NCBI RefSeq assembly: GCF_006345805.1
Contig: NC_043009.1
Coordinates: 59,396,001-59,460,000 of the forward strand
From: Octopus sinensis
Taxonomy: Eukaryota
Length of the DNA stretch: 64,000 bases
Direction of reading: 5' to 3'
This document shows positions 38,390-51,249 of the stretch, piece by piece. The translations under genes were made by a program, and so were the position numbers. Below the pieces are notes generated by a model. That model had not been told where the DNA came from. It did not search any database and saw nothing but the letters and a program-made list of their open reading frames with translations. The stretch's first letter is position 1, and each line of letters begins with the position of its first letter.

Positions 38390-39110
38390 TGAAACCTAAT
38401 TACTAACCATCATACTTAACCATTAACAATCATTAAAAATAACAAAGCTGTCGTTAACAATTTCATTGCAAACCCACTAACCATCAATTCAGTAATGACA
38501 CCAAAATATCATACCATCGAACTATTGAAGACAACATACCATCAAAGCATCAAAACCACCGATTCCTCATATGAACAACTTATTAAATCCACAAACCTTG
38601 GCACCTTCATAGCTTCAAAGCTGCCAATCAATCATACCATCATACCATCAGCCTTTCAATCATCAAACGGTTACATCATCAAAGAATGAAAGCCATCAAT
38701 CTATCATGTTATCGATCCAATATGCAATCAAAGCCGCTAAATCATCATGAAGTCACCAAACTGTCAAAATCGTCATAGTATGATATATTCATACCATCAT
38801 ACCACCATCGTAGTAAAGCCATTGAAAACTATTAAGGTCATCAAACCATCATACCGTCGCAGCAGCAAAGCTACTAAGCCGTCATGCCATCAAACCATCA
38901 TTCTAACAAACTTTCAAAATCATCAAATTATCGAAGCCATCAAAAATGCAAACCATTATATAAACCACCCAGCAGATCCACCGAACCATCAACAATTATG
39001 CCACCAAACCACCATACCCTGAAGCAATACAATTCAGTCATTATACCAAGAAATAACCACCATACTATGGAACTATTAACTATCAAAGCTACTAAGTCAT
39101 CATCGGTTAT
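38390..39110 (+). repeat. Degenerate short-period (ACCATCA-type) tandem tract
   Basis: Dozens of CCATCA(A/T)-like motifs at ~9-20 bp spacing. Confidence 0.65.
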
Positions 39111-39219
39111 AGGATCTCTCTGCCAAAGTGTTCAACGACATCTAATGACTCTAGGCGTGAAGAGTTTTTAGCAGATCTTCACCTTTATAAGTTCTGCCAG
39201 GTAAAATGAAGGCAGAATA

Positions 39220-39623
39220 CGAACTCTTTTACTTGTTTGAGTCATTTGACTGCGGCCATGCTGGAGCACCGCCTTTAGTCGAGCAAATCGACCCCGGGAC
39301 TTATTCTTTGTAAGCCCAGTACTTATTCTATCGGTCTCTTTTGCCGAACCGCTAAGTGACGGGGACGTAAACACAGCAGCATCGGTTGTCAAGCAATGCT
39401 AGGGGGACAAACACAGACACACAAACGTATACACACACATACATATATATATATATTATATATACACACACACAGGCTTCTTTCAGTTTCCATCCACCAA
39501 ATCCACACACAAGGCATTGGTCGGCCCGAGGCTATAGCAGAAGACACTTGCCCAAGATGCCACGCAGTGGGACTGAACCCGGAACCATATGGTTGGTAAG
39601 CAAGCTACTTACCACACAGCCAC
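39220..39623 (-). mobile_element. SINE family A
   Basis: Reverse complement of family A. Confidence 0.9.
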
Positions 39624-40110
39624 AATAAATTGTAGATAATTCAGTTCTCTCTGCATAGAATATTAAATTAACGGTTGTTAACATAAAACATTAATATGAA
39701 TTGTAGATTAGTTTTACATTGTCAGAGTACAGGAACAGATACACCACGAACGATATATGACTTGACCAAGGATACAGTGCTCCAAGAGTAACACCATGTC
39801 TTGACTTGTATCTACATCTTGATGGAGTTGTAGGGGTACCAACATATTATATGAAGTGACTTTGACATTCTACACCAGGTCGAACCCGTCATATTCCACT
39901 AAATCATGCCCAACAGTATTAGAGTATGGAGACCACATTGAACAATGTAGTCTTGTGCGCGCGCGTATGTGCTTGCGTGCGTGCTTGTGTGTGTGCGTGT
40001 GAAGAATTTGAGGATCATACATTTGTTTGTGCATTTTCATGCTCATGATAGTCTTAAGTTTAAACAATTCTATTCCTACAATGTGGTGTGCGATATTCCT
40101 TTCTCTAAGG

Positions 40111-40223
40111 CGGCCATATCACGTTCAAAACACCGGTTCTCGTCCGATCACCGAAGTTAAGCAAAGTCGAGCCTAGTTAGTACTTAGATGGGTGACCGCT
40201 TGGGAAATCTAGGTGCTGTAAAC
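40111..40223 (+). rRNA. 5S rRNA-like copy (probable retro-pseudogene, first ~5 nt replaced)
   Basis: CGGCCATATCACGTT..AACACCGGTTCTCGTCCGATCACCGAAGTTAAGC..AGTTAGTACTT(A)GATGGGTGACCGC.TGGGAA..GTGCTGTA; followed by an A-rich tract, no T-run terminator. Confidence 0.85.
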
Positions 40224-40243
40224 GTAAAAAAAATAATAAAAGA

Positions 40244-40660
40244 AGGCGGCAAGCTGGCAGAAACGTTAGCACGCTGGGCGAAATGCTTAGCAGTATTTCG
40301 TCTTTCTTTACGTTCTGAGTTCAAATTCCGCCGAGGTCAACTTTGCCTTTCATCCTTTCGGGGCCGATAAACTATGTACCAGTTACACACTGGTGTCGAT
40401 GTAATCGACTTAGTCCCTTTGTCTGTCCTTGTTTGTTCCCTCTGTGTTTAGCCCCTTGTGGGCAATAAAGAAATAAGAATCGTTAGCACGCTGGGTAAAA
40501 TACTTCACTTCATCTCGTCAGTCTGAGTTCAAATTCGACTAACCCTTTCATAATTTGGGGGTCGATGAAATAAGTACCGGTTGAACACTAGGATCGATGT
40601 AATCGACTTATACCCTTTCCTCCTGAACTTGCTGGTGTCATGCCAAAATTTCAAACCAAT
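40244..40660 (+). mobile_element. SINE family B, full copy plus partial second copy
   Basis: GGCGGCAAGCTGGCAGAAACGTTAGCACG..GTTCTGAGTTCAAATTCCGCCGAGGTC..AATAAAGAAATAAG; second head at ~40478. Confidence 0.85.
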
Positions 40661-40898
40661 GGTTTCCTTCTCTATACGGAAAGTGTTCAATGCTTGTCTT
40701 TGCGTTCTGAGTTCGAGACATAGATCTCGATAAAGGCTGACCTTGGGCGAAACAGCTACAGCTATGATGAAAACAGCGATGACGACGGCGACGACAAAGA
40801 CCATAAACACAGCCATTTATATACAATATAAACAACATTCAATCCTTTATGAATAATATCAATCGATCATCAAACACCAGCTAGCCATGGGTATACCC

Positions 40899-41116
40899 CA
40901 GTGAGTCTCAGCCGTGGTTGCCGAGGCCGCATACCGAGGCCCTCAAGCATCCTGCCGACGGCACTCGACAGCTTTCTCTCTATAAATATAATTTTTTCTT
41001 TAATTGACTTGTGTCTTATTTTCCTTGATTGTTTTTTGGGGGATGGAGGGTATGGACCCCCTAAAAAATCAAGGTTTTTGATCCGGCCGGGCTATTAAAA
41101 TGGTTGACACCCACTG
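40899..41116. mobile_element. hAT-like MITE (218 bp)
   Basis: Imperfect TIRs CAGTGAGTCTCA / CAGTGGGTGTCA; flanking 8-mers GTATACCC and GTATATCT (6/8 match, putative TSD). Confidence 0.45.
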
Positions 41117-42225
41117 GTATATCTCCTTGGTTTTTCGGACAAATTTAACGTAACCCTGTATCATCCGATGTGCGCTTCCATTTCCAAGATGATAGGGAAT
41201 GCTTTGAAAGTAACCTTTGACGAATCTACAAGTGAATCAGCGACACTTAATTCATGAGCTGCAGAAGTAGATCCACCTGTTAGAAAAAGCAGCTAAACAT
41301 CCCTCAAATCACATTGTACTATGTTTTAAGACTGCAAAAAATTATAAATAAAAAAAGACATATTATGCAAATGCTGTCGTACGTATACAATAATGAAATA
41401 ACAAATGGATGGTCACGGTTGGAAATTCATTCAACAACAGCCTGTATGATCTACGGTTATCTAGGGATAAATATATATAAAAGAGAAAATAAAAACAAAA
41501 TGGCGTCGACGGCCACGATGAAAGCGACAACGAAGGCGTCGAGGACAGCGGCCATGATAAGGAGGGGACTTCTTCCACTACGATGACGACGACGGCATTT
41601 CAATTATGTATGTCTTCATACCGCTTCGGTTTCACCACAATTTTTTTTTCTTCGTCTCTTTTCTTTCTATTCTTTCTTTCCCCTTTTGTTACTTTTATTT
41701 TTTTTTGTTTTTTGAGACATTTGTTTTAAACACAAATTTTTTTCTATGTTTTTGTTTTGTTCTGTTTTTTTTCTTTTCTCTCCCCCCGCTATTAATATTA
41801 CTCTAGCTAGGTGTCGCTATGCTACCAGACATAACAATGATGATAGAAAGAGACGTTTTGGTGTTTCACTATAATATAGAGTGATATCGTATTTAACACG
41901 ATTCGCCGTGTTCTGATAATCTTCAAAGTAATGAAGCTCTGTGATATTTGAAATGTCATTTGTCATCTGAACAATATAGAAGAAGAAAAAGGGGAAAAAA
42001 ATTAAATGCTACCTACGAAAATCAATGTATGTGTTTGTGTGTGTATCCGCGTTAGTGTATGTGTGTGTGTATGTGTGTGTGTGTGTGAGTGTGTGTGTGA
42101 CGGTGTGTGTGAGATGCATACACATGTATGAGTGTATGTATGTAAGTCTACGCGTACGTATTTATCTGTGTAATATATGCATATATATTTATTGCAAGTA
42201 TATAGTGTATATATGTATATCTGTC

Positions 42226-42257
<32 letters not shown>

Positions 42258-42305
42258 TAAATATATATATATGTATATATGCATATGTGTATGTCTACGT
42301 GTATA

Positions 42306-42345
<40 letters not shown>

Positions 42346-42497
42346 TGTGTGTGTGTGTGTGTGTATCTATGTATATATATAAAGTCATATACACATGTGT
42401 ATGAGTGAGTGCGTGTACATACATATGCATATATATATCTATATATATATGCATATGTATGTGCACATACATATTCTACACACACCACACACACACC

Positions 42498-42543
<46 letters not shown>

Positions 42544-42873
42544 ATATATATTCATACATATAAATGCATTCTCAAATACCAACCCATATATATGTATATA
42601 TACTAACAACCAAACGATGTCGCCTATGTAAGGTAGTATTTAACATCGGATTATTCTTTAGATGGTTCCCTGGTCGTAGCAGATCTGACAATTATCACTG
42701 CACGCGCCCACACAGATGCGCCCCCACCCGCCCACACACAAGACATACATATGTTTGCGCGTACGTTGTGAATATGTATAGGAGTGTGTGCTTGTCCGTG
42801 TATGTGTGTGCGTAAGCATTCTCATGAATATAATACTAGCTAGACACACATATAGAGAGATAGACAGACAGAT

Positions 42874-42976
<103 letters not shown>

Positions 42977-43162
42977 TGTGTGTATGCTTATTGTATAGTT
43001 CCTTTACAAACTGGTAGGTTTCGATCTCAGCAATCCACTAGGGTGAACACAAGATCGAACCCTTCTACAGTTTTCAGGAAAATAAATAACTACTGAAGAC
43101 ACCTTAGCTTATTGAGTCCTTTCATTGATATAGTCTTTTCACCCTTGAAATGCACAGGAGGT

Positions 43163-43204
<42 letters not shown>

Positions 43205-43344
43205 ATATAGAGGGCATTATACATACATGCCAGAAGGCATTATACATACATGCCAAACGCTAAGAGGGACAATCAGTCATTTCTACCAAAAATATTACTA
43301 ATCCCACCGAATGCAATTTTTCAAAGTAAGACATTTAAAAATAT

Positions 43345-43392
43345 AGACCTGTATCACAGTGATTTCATACTTACGTAATCATCAGCAGGCCT
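43345..43392 (-). ncRNA. Minimal type I hammerhead ribozyme motif, canonical core
   Basis: Minus strand AGGCCTG-CTGATGA-TTAC(GTAA)GTAT-GAAA-TCAC(T)GTGA-TA^CAGGTCT: 7-bp stem I, GNRA-capped stem II, palindromic stem III, AUA site. Confidence 0.75.
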
Positions 43393-43885
43393 GAATGTAT
43401 TATAAATAAACAACGACCCTGCCCCGCTTAAGCCGATCAGCTAACTGATATATATATATAATGGGTCGAAGAGTGTCGGTATTGTAATGATATTTGGTCA
43501 GTTGCTAATGAGGGATAACCTCTGTGTGTATTGTGCATTTTAGTAAAGTTCTCTGTCTTTCCTCGATGTTTCAAAAGTTCCCGTTATATTCATATGTATA
43601 CTCGACCATATATATATATATATATTCAGTATCACATATATGTGCACACAAACACATACATATATATATGAATGTATATATATATCATATTTATAGATAC
43701 ACACATACATACCCATATATAGGTACATAAGTATGTGTATGTATATGTGTGGGGGTGTAGGTGTGTATATATGCATGAGTGCGACCGATGTTTAGCATAT
43801 ATGAAGGTTCGTATGTGCTATGTGTTTGCTAATGTGTGTATCTCTGCGAGTGTGTTCGTGTGTATCTGTGTTTTTGTGCCTGTGT

Positions 43886-43920
<35 letters not shown>

Positions 43921-44382
43921 TTTGTGACTGTGAGATTGTGCATGTTTGTGTGGGTGTGTGTATTTGTTTGTGTGTGTGTGTACACATTCTGTTTCATCTG
44001 CCCTTCGTACATCATTCTTTGATGTGGGTCAAATTTGATGTATTATAATGCCAGGACACATGAATAGAGAAAGTAATAGAACAGTTCAAAGGATCAAATT
44101 CTCACCAGGAATCTGGAAGATCATCCTTCACAGACCCCATGTGGAGAGGTTGTTACATAGATGGAATTATCAGTATAGTACAGCTAATAACATTTATTTT
44201 GTGGTTATCTCGGCCTATATCTATTAAATATACGCATGTGTTTCATACGTATATGTATATACATATAAGCTTACACACGTAACTATGTGTATTTTACGTA
44301 TGTGTATTTGTGAATGAGTTTGTTCGCATGTATTCTTACACATAAATACTTACATACACCCACCCACCCACACACAGACACA

Positions 44383-44428
<46 letters not shown>

Positions 44429-44482
44429 CACATATATAGATATGCCTGTGTAAATATATATTTAGAAAGAGGGCAGTAGAGT

Positions 44483-44630
44483 AATTAGATAAAGGTAGTT
44501 ATGGCTGGTCTATGTCGCTACCCTGGGTTTCACGCCCATAAAGCGCTAGCTTTACGGCGTTTCTGGACGCTTGATGGACATGGAACCGAGGGTAACCCCA
44601 TAGACCGGTCATAACTATCTTTATCTAATT
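44483..44630. repeat. 148-bp foldback element with inner hairpin
   Basis: AATTAGATAAAG(G/A)TAGTTATG..GGTCTAT arms, ~50 bp imperfect; inner hairpin at 44532-44560. Confidence 0.8.
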
Positions 44631-45146
44631 ATATATATTTATATATATTATATATATATGCCCTCTTTCACACGCACATACATACTCTCTTATACACACA
44701 CGCACCTTCATGTTGGGGCGAGATCACTTGACCCTGTTATCTCCCCTACTATCTCTCTAGCGTCTAACGTCTGACCTCTGATTTCTGACTTCTGCCTGAA
44801 ATCAGAACGCCATGCTGGATCGTTAGCTCCTACACGCATTTTTTTCTCTCCTTGATTCTCTCATTGTTTCTTTTCTGTGTATCTTTCTGTCGAAACGTAA
44901 AATACTTGTTTTATTTCTATTCCTGAGCGCCATACTAATACAATTATACAATTGTTTGTTTGTACTCCACCTGCCTTCGTCTTTTGTATATTTTCGTAAA
45001 CCTTCCCGTTATATATATATATATATATACATATATGTATATGTATAAGTTTCTGGCAGTTCGTCGCCTTATATATTATATTAGATAAATATTGCCACGC
45101 ATGTTTTAACAATTATACATATGCAAGAAAAAGAACGTAGATATTA

Positions 45147-45709
45147 TATTGGGTTGTCCGGAAAGTTCGTGCCGATTTTTAAGGGAAAGATAAAGGTCAA
45201 TAAATACTTGCCATTACATTTTTAATCAACCAAATATGAACCATTTTGTTGCACAATGTGTCTCCCTCTTTCGTTTAACTTGAAAATGCCCTCTTCCCAG
45301 AATTGGGGTAGTTTCATGGCAAAAAATTCATCAAGGTATCTTTTTATGTCATCCAAGGTATTGAAATTTTTACCATTAAGAGCTGTTCTGCAGAGACCTG
45401 AATAAGTGGAAATCCGAAGGAGCATATCGGTAAATATGGAAGGTGGGTAACACATCCAGCCGCTGCAGCAATTTTGTCTGGTTCCCAAAGCATCAAGTGC
45501 CGAAAATGTACTTTCTTATCTTCAATTTTAAGGATTACAGAATTAACACAGGTTATAGGAACATAAACCTTCTTCCACGAAAAGATAGCTTAATCTGTGC
45601 TCTGAATAGAGGTGTAGTCAAATCCTGTTTTTTGGACTCAACCATGTTCTAAAATAACTCGAAAAGTAAGCTACTATAAATCGGCACGAACTTTTCGGAC
45701 AACCGAATA
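45147..45709 (-). mobile_element. Internally deleted mariner (563 bp), both TIRs intact
   Basis: 32-bp TIRs TATTGGGTTGTCCGGAAAGTTCGTGCCGATTT (2 mismatches); TA TSD at 45145-46 and 45710-11; N-terminal ..EDKKVHFRHLMLWE fused to a frameshifted C-terminus ending ..LNGKNFNTLDDIK..QQNGSYLVD. Confidence 0.9.
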
Positions 45710-45978
45710 TATTAGGCAGAGGATTTTGTCAAAATTGTCATTCGTTATTGCCAGCGAGTGAATATCTAAATCATTTCTTGATCTGACAGAACCCCCCTTT
45801 TTTTTGTCCTCTTTCTCTCCTTTTACGATCCCTTTTGATCGAAACTCCCCCTTCCTTTTTTTTTTTTTAAACCTTCAAAAGAAAAGCTCTACCTTGTAAT
45901 TTGTTCTATCTGTGTGCAGCCCTGTGTGGCTAATAAAGAAACATATCTATCTATCTATCTATTTATCTACCTATCTAC

Positions 45979-46058
<80 letters not shown>

Positions 46059-47379
46059 TTCTCTCTCTCTCTTTCTCGCTCTGCATATATATATATATAT
46101 ATAATATATCTTAAAGGCTGGAAAATTTGGTATCTTTCTAATTCCATGGTACACATGTTTCATTACAGGGTAAGAGTCACAAAGATATACATGTAGAACA
46201 TGTACATACACACACGCGCGCGCACACGCACACAAGTATAAAGGCATGAAAAAACTCTTATGAAACGAAAAAAATCAATGCATAAATATTTGAACAGAGT
46301 AATAAGTTTAATGCGATTATTGAGAAGTTCTCTTCCTCATTTTGAAAATAAAAGAGCTTATAGTTAAACTACGACCCATTTTACTTAATTCTCATATGTA
46401 TACAACATGTGAGAATGTGGTGAGAACATAACTTTCTGACTTCCTTGTAAGCGATCGAATCCAACCTGTTAGGCATTCAACGAAGCTGAGATTGATTAAC
46501 ACAATTACAACACTTCTTTGGCAGCAACTTGGGAGAGGTCTTAAGCGCAGATGTCATATCGCTTGACGTCTTCCTCAAGATTTTCAGCAGAGTCGACCAC
46601 AATGTTCTAGAGAAAATAAAAAATCTTCCCAAATGTGGAAGTCCTTTGAAAGCTAACGAAGTGGATTATGTGGTTGTGTGGTTATCAGAAACTCGGGATG
46701 ATTGAATCAAAGAAATACACTGAAACCTGGCAAATATCATCCATGTTATATTTATAACACTGTTCGTCTCATTAATCTATTTCGTTTTTAGCTCTTTACC
46801 GCCATTTTATTTGTTTCAATCATTGGACTGGGGCCTTGCTGGCGCATCCCCTTCAAGGTCTTTAATCGAACAAATTGACTCCAGTATTTCTTTTTTGTTA
46901 AAACCTAGTATTTATTTTATCCAACATTATCCAACATTTTTGCCGAGTTGGTAAGTTACGTGGGCGTAAATAAACCAGCACCGGCAGCCAAGCGGTAGCG
47001 GAGTGTAAACACACACACACACAAACACTCACACGCACACATGCCCATAAAAAACACACTCACACGTTCATATACACATACTCTCACATGCACACACGCA
47101 CACATGTACACACATTTACAACGAGTTTCCACACCATTTCCATATACCAAATTCGCTCACGTGGTTTGGATCTCAGTGGGGCGGTAGTTGAAGGCACTGG
47201 CCCAAGGTGCCGCGCAGTGGGACTGAACCCAAAATGTCTCGGCCGAAAAGTGAGTACCTTAACCTAGCATCCATAATTTATAGAAACCTCACATGGTAGT
47301 TCAACTTGCTTGAAACAGTAGCTAAACCTCTTTCAAACTACATCACAAAGCTTAATGTAACCCGGAATAACACTATATT

Positions 47380-47830
47380 CTTTTTCTCTTTTATTTGTTT
47401 CAGTCATGTGACTATGGCCATGCTGGAGCAAAACCTTTAGTCGAGCAAATCGACCCCACGACTTATTCTTTGTAAGCCTAGTACTTATTCTATCGGTATC
47501 TTATGCCGAACTGCTAAGTTACGGGGAAGTAAACACACCAGCATCGGTTGTCAAGCGATGTTGGGGGGACAAACACACACATACAAACACAAACACACAC
47601 ACACACACACACTATATATATATATATAGATATATATATATTGATAGATATAAATATATATACATATATACGGCGGGATTCCTTCAGTTTCCGTCTACCA
47701 AATCCACTCAAAAGGCATTGGTCGGCCCGAGGCTATAGTAGAAGACACTTGCCCAAGGTGCCACGTTGTGGGGCTGAACCCGGAACCATGTGGTTCGTAA
47801 GGAAGCTACTTACTACACAGCCACTCCTAC
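47380..47830 (-). mobile_element. SINE family A
   Basis: Reverse complement of family A. Degenerate copies at ~46790-47250 and ~48585-48880. Confidence 0.9.
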
Positions 47831-48249
47831 ACCTATATCTGAACTATATCTGAACAACATGAAGTGACGATCATGGCTGGAACGGCGTGGATCATACGAC
47901 ACCTTGAGTATGGTTCGGCTGATACTAAACAGTAACGAAAATGCTGTAAAATAGTTTTCAAAGACAACTTTCATTTTCAAAATGTTATCCTCGGTGTAGA
48001 TGACCGAAGCAAACTTCAAGACCGACCGACCTGCTGTTAATTCAATGTAGTGGAACAAAGCAATATAAGGTTAAACGAGAAAATATTCAAACTCATCGAC
48101 TTCCAGAAAGACGATGTGCTTAAACGGCCATATTTTATTCCTCTGGGAGAGACTCTCATTCATTCAAGAACTTAGAAGCTATTTTGCCGACAGAATTTCA
48201 AAGTCGCAGTTTGAATTTTCATGCAATAATAATTATGTGTGTGTGTGTT

Positions 48250-48309
<60 letters not shown>

Positions 48310-48402
48310 TGTGTGTGTGTGTGGTGGTGTGCGCGCGTGTGTGCGTATGTACGTGCGTGCATGTGTATGTGTATATTTAGATAGATAGACAGACAGACAG
48401 AC

Positions 48403-48453
<51 letters not shown>

Positions 48454-48462
48454 CAGACAGGC

Positions 48463-48502
<40 letters not shown>

Positions 48503-48969
48503 GGACGGATGGATGGATGGATGGATGGATGGATAGATAGATAGATAAACAGATAGACAGGTCTTTTATCTCTTACGTGCTCCATTCATTGAACAGTGGC
48601 CATGCTGGAGCATTCCTTTGAAGGATTCAGTTGAACAAATGGAACCCAGTACTTATTTTTGAGTTTGGTACTTACTGCATCGGTTTATGCCGAACCACAA
48701 TGTTACGAGGACGTAAACAAACCAACAGAGTTTGTCAAGCAGTTAGATGTGACACAAACACAAACACATACACTTATATACGACGGGCTTCCACACAGTT
48801 TCCGTCGACTAAATTCACTCACAAGGCATTGGTCTGTTTGGGCTGTCGTAGAAGACAGTCACCCAAGGTATTACGCATGTAGCACTGATTCCAAAACCAG
48901 GTCTTTGCAAAGCGAGTCAGTAGATCAGACCAAATATCTGTAGAGTTAGTGTCGAGCATAAAAATAATC

Positions 48970-50045
48970 TAAACCCTTTCAACTATAGACACAAGGCCCA
49001 GAATTTGGGGAAATTAGGCTAGTCGATTACATAGACCCTAGTGCTCCACTGGTACTTATTTGATCGCCCCCAAAAGTATGAAAAGCTAAATTGACCTCGG
49101 CGGAATTTGTACTCAGAACGTAAAGTCGGGCGAAATTCCGCTAAGCAATTTGTCTGGTGTGCTAACGATTCTGCCAGCTCACTGATCAGAGTCGAATGAT
49201 TAGTTTCAAATTTGGTGCAAAACCAGCAATTTTAGGGGAAGGGGTAAATCAATATTATCGATTCTGTTGCTTGACTGCTATTTATTTTACTGATCGCGAA
49301 AGGGTGAAAGGCGAAGTCGACGTCATGGGATCTGAAACGAAAACGTAAAGCCAGGAGAAATGTCGCTATACCTTTTCGTCAGGCGCGGTAACGATTCTGC
49401 TATCTCGCCGCCTTAACCCGTATTAACCCACTGTCTTCGTTGAGGACGGTTGTATTTGGTTTATTTCCTGCAATAAAAGTTAATTGGAGGCTTCCGTATA
49501 TTTGTTATCCCTATTTATATAACTATCTTCAACATTTCGACAGGTTTAACCTGGGTTAAAATGGGTTAAATACTCTAATAATAATCGCTTTTACTATAGA
49601 CACAAGGCCAGAAATTTGCAGGAAGGGGGAAAGTCGATTATATTGGTCCTCAGTATACAACTGGTACTTATTTTATCGACCCCGAAAGGATGACGCGTAA
49701 CATCGACCTCGGCGGAATTTGAACTCAGAATGTAGAGACAGACGGAATACTGCTAAGCATTTCTCCCGGCCTGTTAACGATTCTAATAACTCGCCGCTTT
49801 AAATAATCTAATAATGATCCTTTCTACTAAAGGCACAAGGTCTGAAAATTTTGAGGGTGCGAAGGGGACTAGTGGATTGCATCGACTCCAGTGTTTCACT
49901 GGTACTTATTTTATCGATCCCAAAGGATGAAATGCAAAGTCGACGTCGGTGGCATCTAAACTGAGAACGTAACATCAGGAGAAAATGTCGCTAAGCATTT
50001 TCGTCAGGCGCGGTAACGACTTTGCTATCTCGCAGCCTTAAGCAC
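48970..50045 (-). mobile_element. Cluster of four co-oriented SINE family B copies
   Basis: Copies at ~48970-49182, 49195-49415, 49590-49800 and 49820-50042. Confidence 0.8.
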
Positions 50046-50680
50046 TCGAATAATAATGACAACAAAATGATTTGATGCGTGATCCGGCAAGTTAATGAGC
50101 TCACGATAAGAAATAATAACCAAATAACAACTTAATAACTAAATAGCTAAATAAATATCAACGGGAAGCCGTTTCAGTGATTCAATTTTTATTCCATTAG
50201 CACTTTCGGGTTGAGATCTTTTCTATCAGAGGGGATGCAAATTGTCCTCATCGATACAGAAGGCAGTCGAAAAAGCAGACTGGCATATCTTTACTGCTCT
50301 CTGATACTAAACAGATATTTCCATAAATCCAGCTCAGATCTGCTCTGCAGAATGCTGTTCTGTTTCTTAATGAAATCTTCCGACGCACACCAGAGCTTTA
50401 TAACTCTAGTATGTGGCTAAAGCCTGTCGTCTGTTTCATTGGAATATCTGTGCTGAAATAATGAATTGTGCGATGCGACCGTGTAAAAGTGTTTCAATAT
50501 ACTGATGTGTGACAACTGTTTCGTTGATTCAATGTATGTCGCCATGTATCAACAATATAATTTATACCAAAATTTCGTTTTGGGATTAGGTTAGCAAGAT
50601 TCTTTATATGAGTTCGTGTGTTGAAGCATATTATGTTGTGTCTGGGGAGAGTCATTTTCTTTTTGTGCCTTATAATGTAA

Positions 50681-50990
50681 CACTTCTCTTCTCTATCCGC
50701 TCAGTCGAAGTCGACTCTCGGTCACTCGTTGGATCAGTGTCCTCCAGTCAGTTCTATCCTGGGCCGCTTCTTTCAGATTGGCTATGTCCATTCCGGTATC
50801 ACTCTTGATGTTGTCAAGCCAGCAGGTTTTTGGTCGGCCTCTTCCTCTCTTGCCACTAACCATTCCGAGCATGATGTCCTTCTCCAGGGATTTTCTCCGC
50901 ATAATATGACCGAAATATGCCAATCTATGCTTGGTGATCCTAGCTTCTAGCGACATTTTCGGTTTATCTGCTAATTCTTGATTATACCAA
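50681..50990 (-). pseudogene. RTE-clade (BovB-like) LINE ORF 3' end
   Basis: SLEARITKHRLAYFGHIMRRKSLEKDIMLGMVSGKRGRGRPKTCWLD..DRTDWR..SRLRL matches the RTE/BovB C-terminal YFGH.MRR..SLEK..MLG..G.R.RGR..WLD pattern; short GAGAA tail. Confidence 0.85.
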
Positions 50991-51249
50991 AATTGTTTCC
51001 GTAAATGTTGTAAATGTCCTTCTTCTGGATCCTTCATCTCAGACTTCAGTAACGTAGCAGGTTTCTCCGCTCAGATCTCCGCATATCAAATCTATATCTC
51101 TTCCTGAAAGTAAGTCACGTGGATGTAAATCCCCCTTTTTGTCATTGTTTGTTTTACTTTTCCATCGTTCTTTTTTTTTGTTGTTGTTTACCTGTTAACC
51201 TTTGTACTTGACTATTCTTTCGTAATACAGATTCCTTTCACAAAACTTA

